Assembly: GCA_051530055.1 (NCBI GenBank)
Contig: CM121342.1
Coordinates: 4,897,489 to 4,961,488 of the forward strand
DNA length: 64,000 nucleotides
From: Neoechinorhynchus agilis
Lineage: Eukaryota; Animalia; Acanthocephala
Direction of reading: 5' to 3'
The notes beneath the pieces are model-generated. The model searched no databases and was not told the DNA's origin. It was given only the letters and a program-made list of their open reading frames with translations. Both the position numbers and the translations under genes were made by a program. Shown here piece by piece: positions 61,604 through 64,000 of the stretch; position 1 is the first letter of the stretch; each line of letters starts with the position of its first letter.

Positions 61604-64000
61604 ATGCGTCCAAAGGATAATCCAAGTGATTTAATATTGGAATCATCGAGAGTTCCGGAAATCGTCATTGGATGCCATGGAGTTGTCGAAATTGATGCCT
61701 ACAAAAAAACTGAAACCGACACAGGTTACGATCTTTTCAATTCTCTTCTTTCAGAAGCCGTCTTAACAAATGATATTGATGTTTGTAAAAAAGCGGTTGG
61801 TTTTGTTCATTGTTTCTAGAAAAAATTCTGCTAACTACACTTTAGCTCGCTTTAATTGATACGCTAAAACAAGTTTTACTTTGTAGTATTTTGAACCAAC
61901 GCAAACTTTTAGAAGATACAACGCTATCGCCAGCCAGTCTCTGCACACAAAAGGTATCTCCGGATCCTTTTTTATGGCTAATTTTTGAAATCTACACAGG
62001 AGCTCGATAGACTAACTGACCGAGCCAATAACTTGGAAGTTACCAAAAAAGCGATTTTATGTCGACTCAATGAAATCGAACTTTGTGACTGTTCACACCA
62101 AAAAAACGAAACTGGAGTCAAGTTTCGCAAAACGAAAAATGCCATAAAAATCATTTATCCCAATGAGTTTACGACCATTGTAGCCATTAGACCGGGCGTT
62201 ACATTGATTCAATCGCTAGAGAAGAAATTCGAGCTCTATAAAGACAAAGGCGCAAAATCCGGGTCGAAACCAAATAAATTAAAGCCGATCTGTTTACCTT
62301 CAAGGTACTCGTTCTTTTCTGTTGGGAAACAATTATTTAAAAAGGAATTTATAGAATACCGATCGATTGGGATACTTTATTGACAGATATAAACGCAGCG
62401 GAGATCATTATTGAAAAACAACACGAATCAAACCATGTTCTTGTAAGAGTTGCCTTTTTTTAGTGATCTCTACTTTTAAACACTGATTTAGAAGCGAATT
62501 GCAGTCTTTTTGCCTCCAGTTGTCTGTTCTATGTGCCATCACTTGATGTTTTTCGGACGACGTTGTTGTTCGTGCTCTTTTGCGATCCATGCTCGTTGTA
62601 GCAACATAAAATCAAATCGTAGCTCAAAACTCTTTTCTACTCCAAAATCTGCTTCGTATATTAACAACAACAACGGAGACTCACTTGATGATCTGTGTCC
62701 GCAATCGAGCGAAATAAATTCGAGTTCAGATGACAATTTAATTCTTCGGAATAAACGTAACACAAACTCAACTGGCTCTCAAGGTAGTAATGGATGTGAC
62801 GAGGAGTCACCAATGGGAACCGGCCAGTTCTTTTCAACGGTATCTTCACTGATTTTGGTCTCGTATTAAAAACGTATTCAATTAGGATTCTCTTCGTCGT
62901 GAAGATGAGTCGAATGTATTGGGATTTCGGATGCCGGATTTACTTTTGCCTGATTGGCAACCGACAGAGAAGATTTGCTCCTCGAATCCTTCATCGCCAA
63001 AGTCAATGCGCTCTAAGCTTCACTTTAAAGGAATTCATGGCGCCTCCAAAGAGTCAACCTTCACTTCTTATCACGTTTGCCTGAAATCAATTTTGTGCCA
63101 GACTTCAAAAATAAATCAATTTAGGTGCAAACAGCTAATTGGGAAATTGCATACGATGAAATCATTCGAAAGGAGAGACGTATTGGTTCGGGATCATTCG
63201 GAACCGTTTATGAAGCAGAATTACTCAATCATGGTAAATCGTTTCTACAAACTTTTTCCCCTTTAAATGTTGATTTATAGGCCGTGTCGCCATAAAAGAA
63301 CTCAATATCTCGGACCCAAGTCATACCAAATTGGAGAAGTTTAAAAATGAAGTCATTGCTTTAAAGTGAGATTTCCAGCACTCGGTTTTCCCAGGTCAAA
63401 AAACTCAATTTCTAAGGAAGTGTCGGCATAGGAATATCGTCTCATTTCTTGGATACACATCAAAACCATCTCTCTCGATCATTACCGAATGGTGTAGTGG
63501 CTCAAGTCTGTACCAATATATCCATGTAAATGATCAAACATTAACGACCCTGATTGTGACTGAAATGGGAAAGCAGATTTGTCAAGGAATGTGGTCTGTA
63601 TTCTTCTTCTTTTAATTACCAATCGTACAAAGAAATTTTTAGCTACTTGCATTCGAGGGACATTATTCATCGAGATTTGAAATCGAATAGTATCCTTTTT
63701 TCTCTCAGGACTTCTTAATCATTATTTTTGTTTTCCTTAACACCACGAAAACAACAGATATCTTTCTTCAACGAGAAAACAACGAAGACCTTTTGGTAAA
63801 AATTGGAGACATGGGCTTGGCAACGGTGAAGAAGTCCGTTTGCGTGAACGATCGTTCATTACGGCACCCCACTGGCTCAATACAATGGATGGTTTGTCGC
63901 TTCTATCTATCATAAAACAAATAATTGTTTTATTTTCGAGGCTCCCGAGATCATTCGAATGGAAGTCGAAGACCCTTACACCGTTCAATCGGACGTTTAC
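61604..64000 (+). CDS. RAF: Raf-family Ser/Thr kinase (BRAF-like N-terminus, RBD, C1, kinase), truncated by the window end; start uncertain
   Basis: RBD IKIIYPNEFTTIVAIRPG; C1 H..CSMC..C..C..H..C; WEIAYDEI..RIGSGSFGTVY, VAIKEL, FKNEV, HRDLKSNNIFL, GLATVK, TGSIQWMAPEIIRM..SDVY. Confidence 0.93.
63690..63757 (+). other. U12-type GT-AG intron in Raf (68 nt)
   Basis: GTATCCTTTT 5' site, TTCCTTAAC branch site at 63733-63741, CAG end; splicing restores DLKSN|NIFL. Confidence 0.92.

Overview
AT-rich genomic DNA from an invertebrate animal (possibly a spiralian; this is inference from the NDUFS6 C-terminal extension) with compact genes and mostly 30-80 nt introns. Recognisable genes are Elp4, a SOL/calpain-15-type calpain, PDE10, a DOCK-C (DOCK6/7/8) GEF, an NPC2/ML-domain protein, NDUFS6, Rab5, an MP20/calponin-like protein and a Raf kinase that runs off the right edge. 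They are interleaved with roughly 18 kb of tandem repeats from seven families and with decayed retroelements (two CRE-type non-LTR fragments, a Gypsy LTR element, a Penelope-like fragment). Two U12-type introns are visible. The standout is a ~395-bp tandem element (5 copies on minus at 38.8-40.5 kb, 4 on plus at 45.9-47.3 kb, 1 solo at 50.7 kb). Each unit has a tRNA-like Pol III head, a hammerhead ribozyme with a consensus core and a T5 terminator. The three hammerhead strands lie in the order GAAA strand, CUGAUGA strand, cleavage strand, which matches none of the canonical types I, II or III. A second, minimal dimer-type hammerhead-like motif with one extra G sits in several foldback hairpins that appear linked to Penelope elements. 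All ribozyme calls come from reading the sequence by eye; none has been tested for activity.
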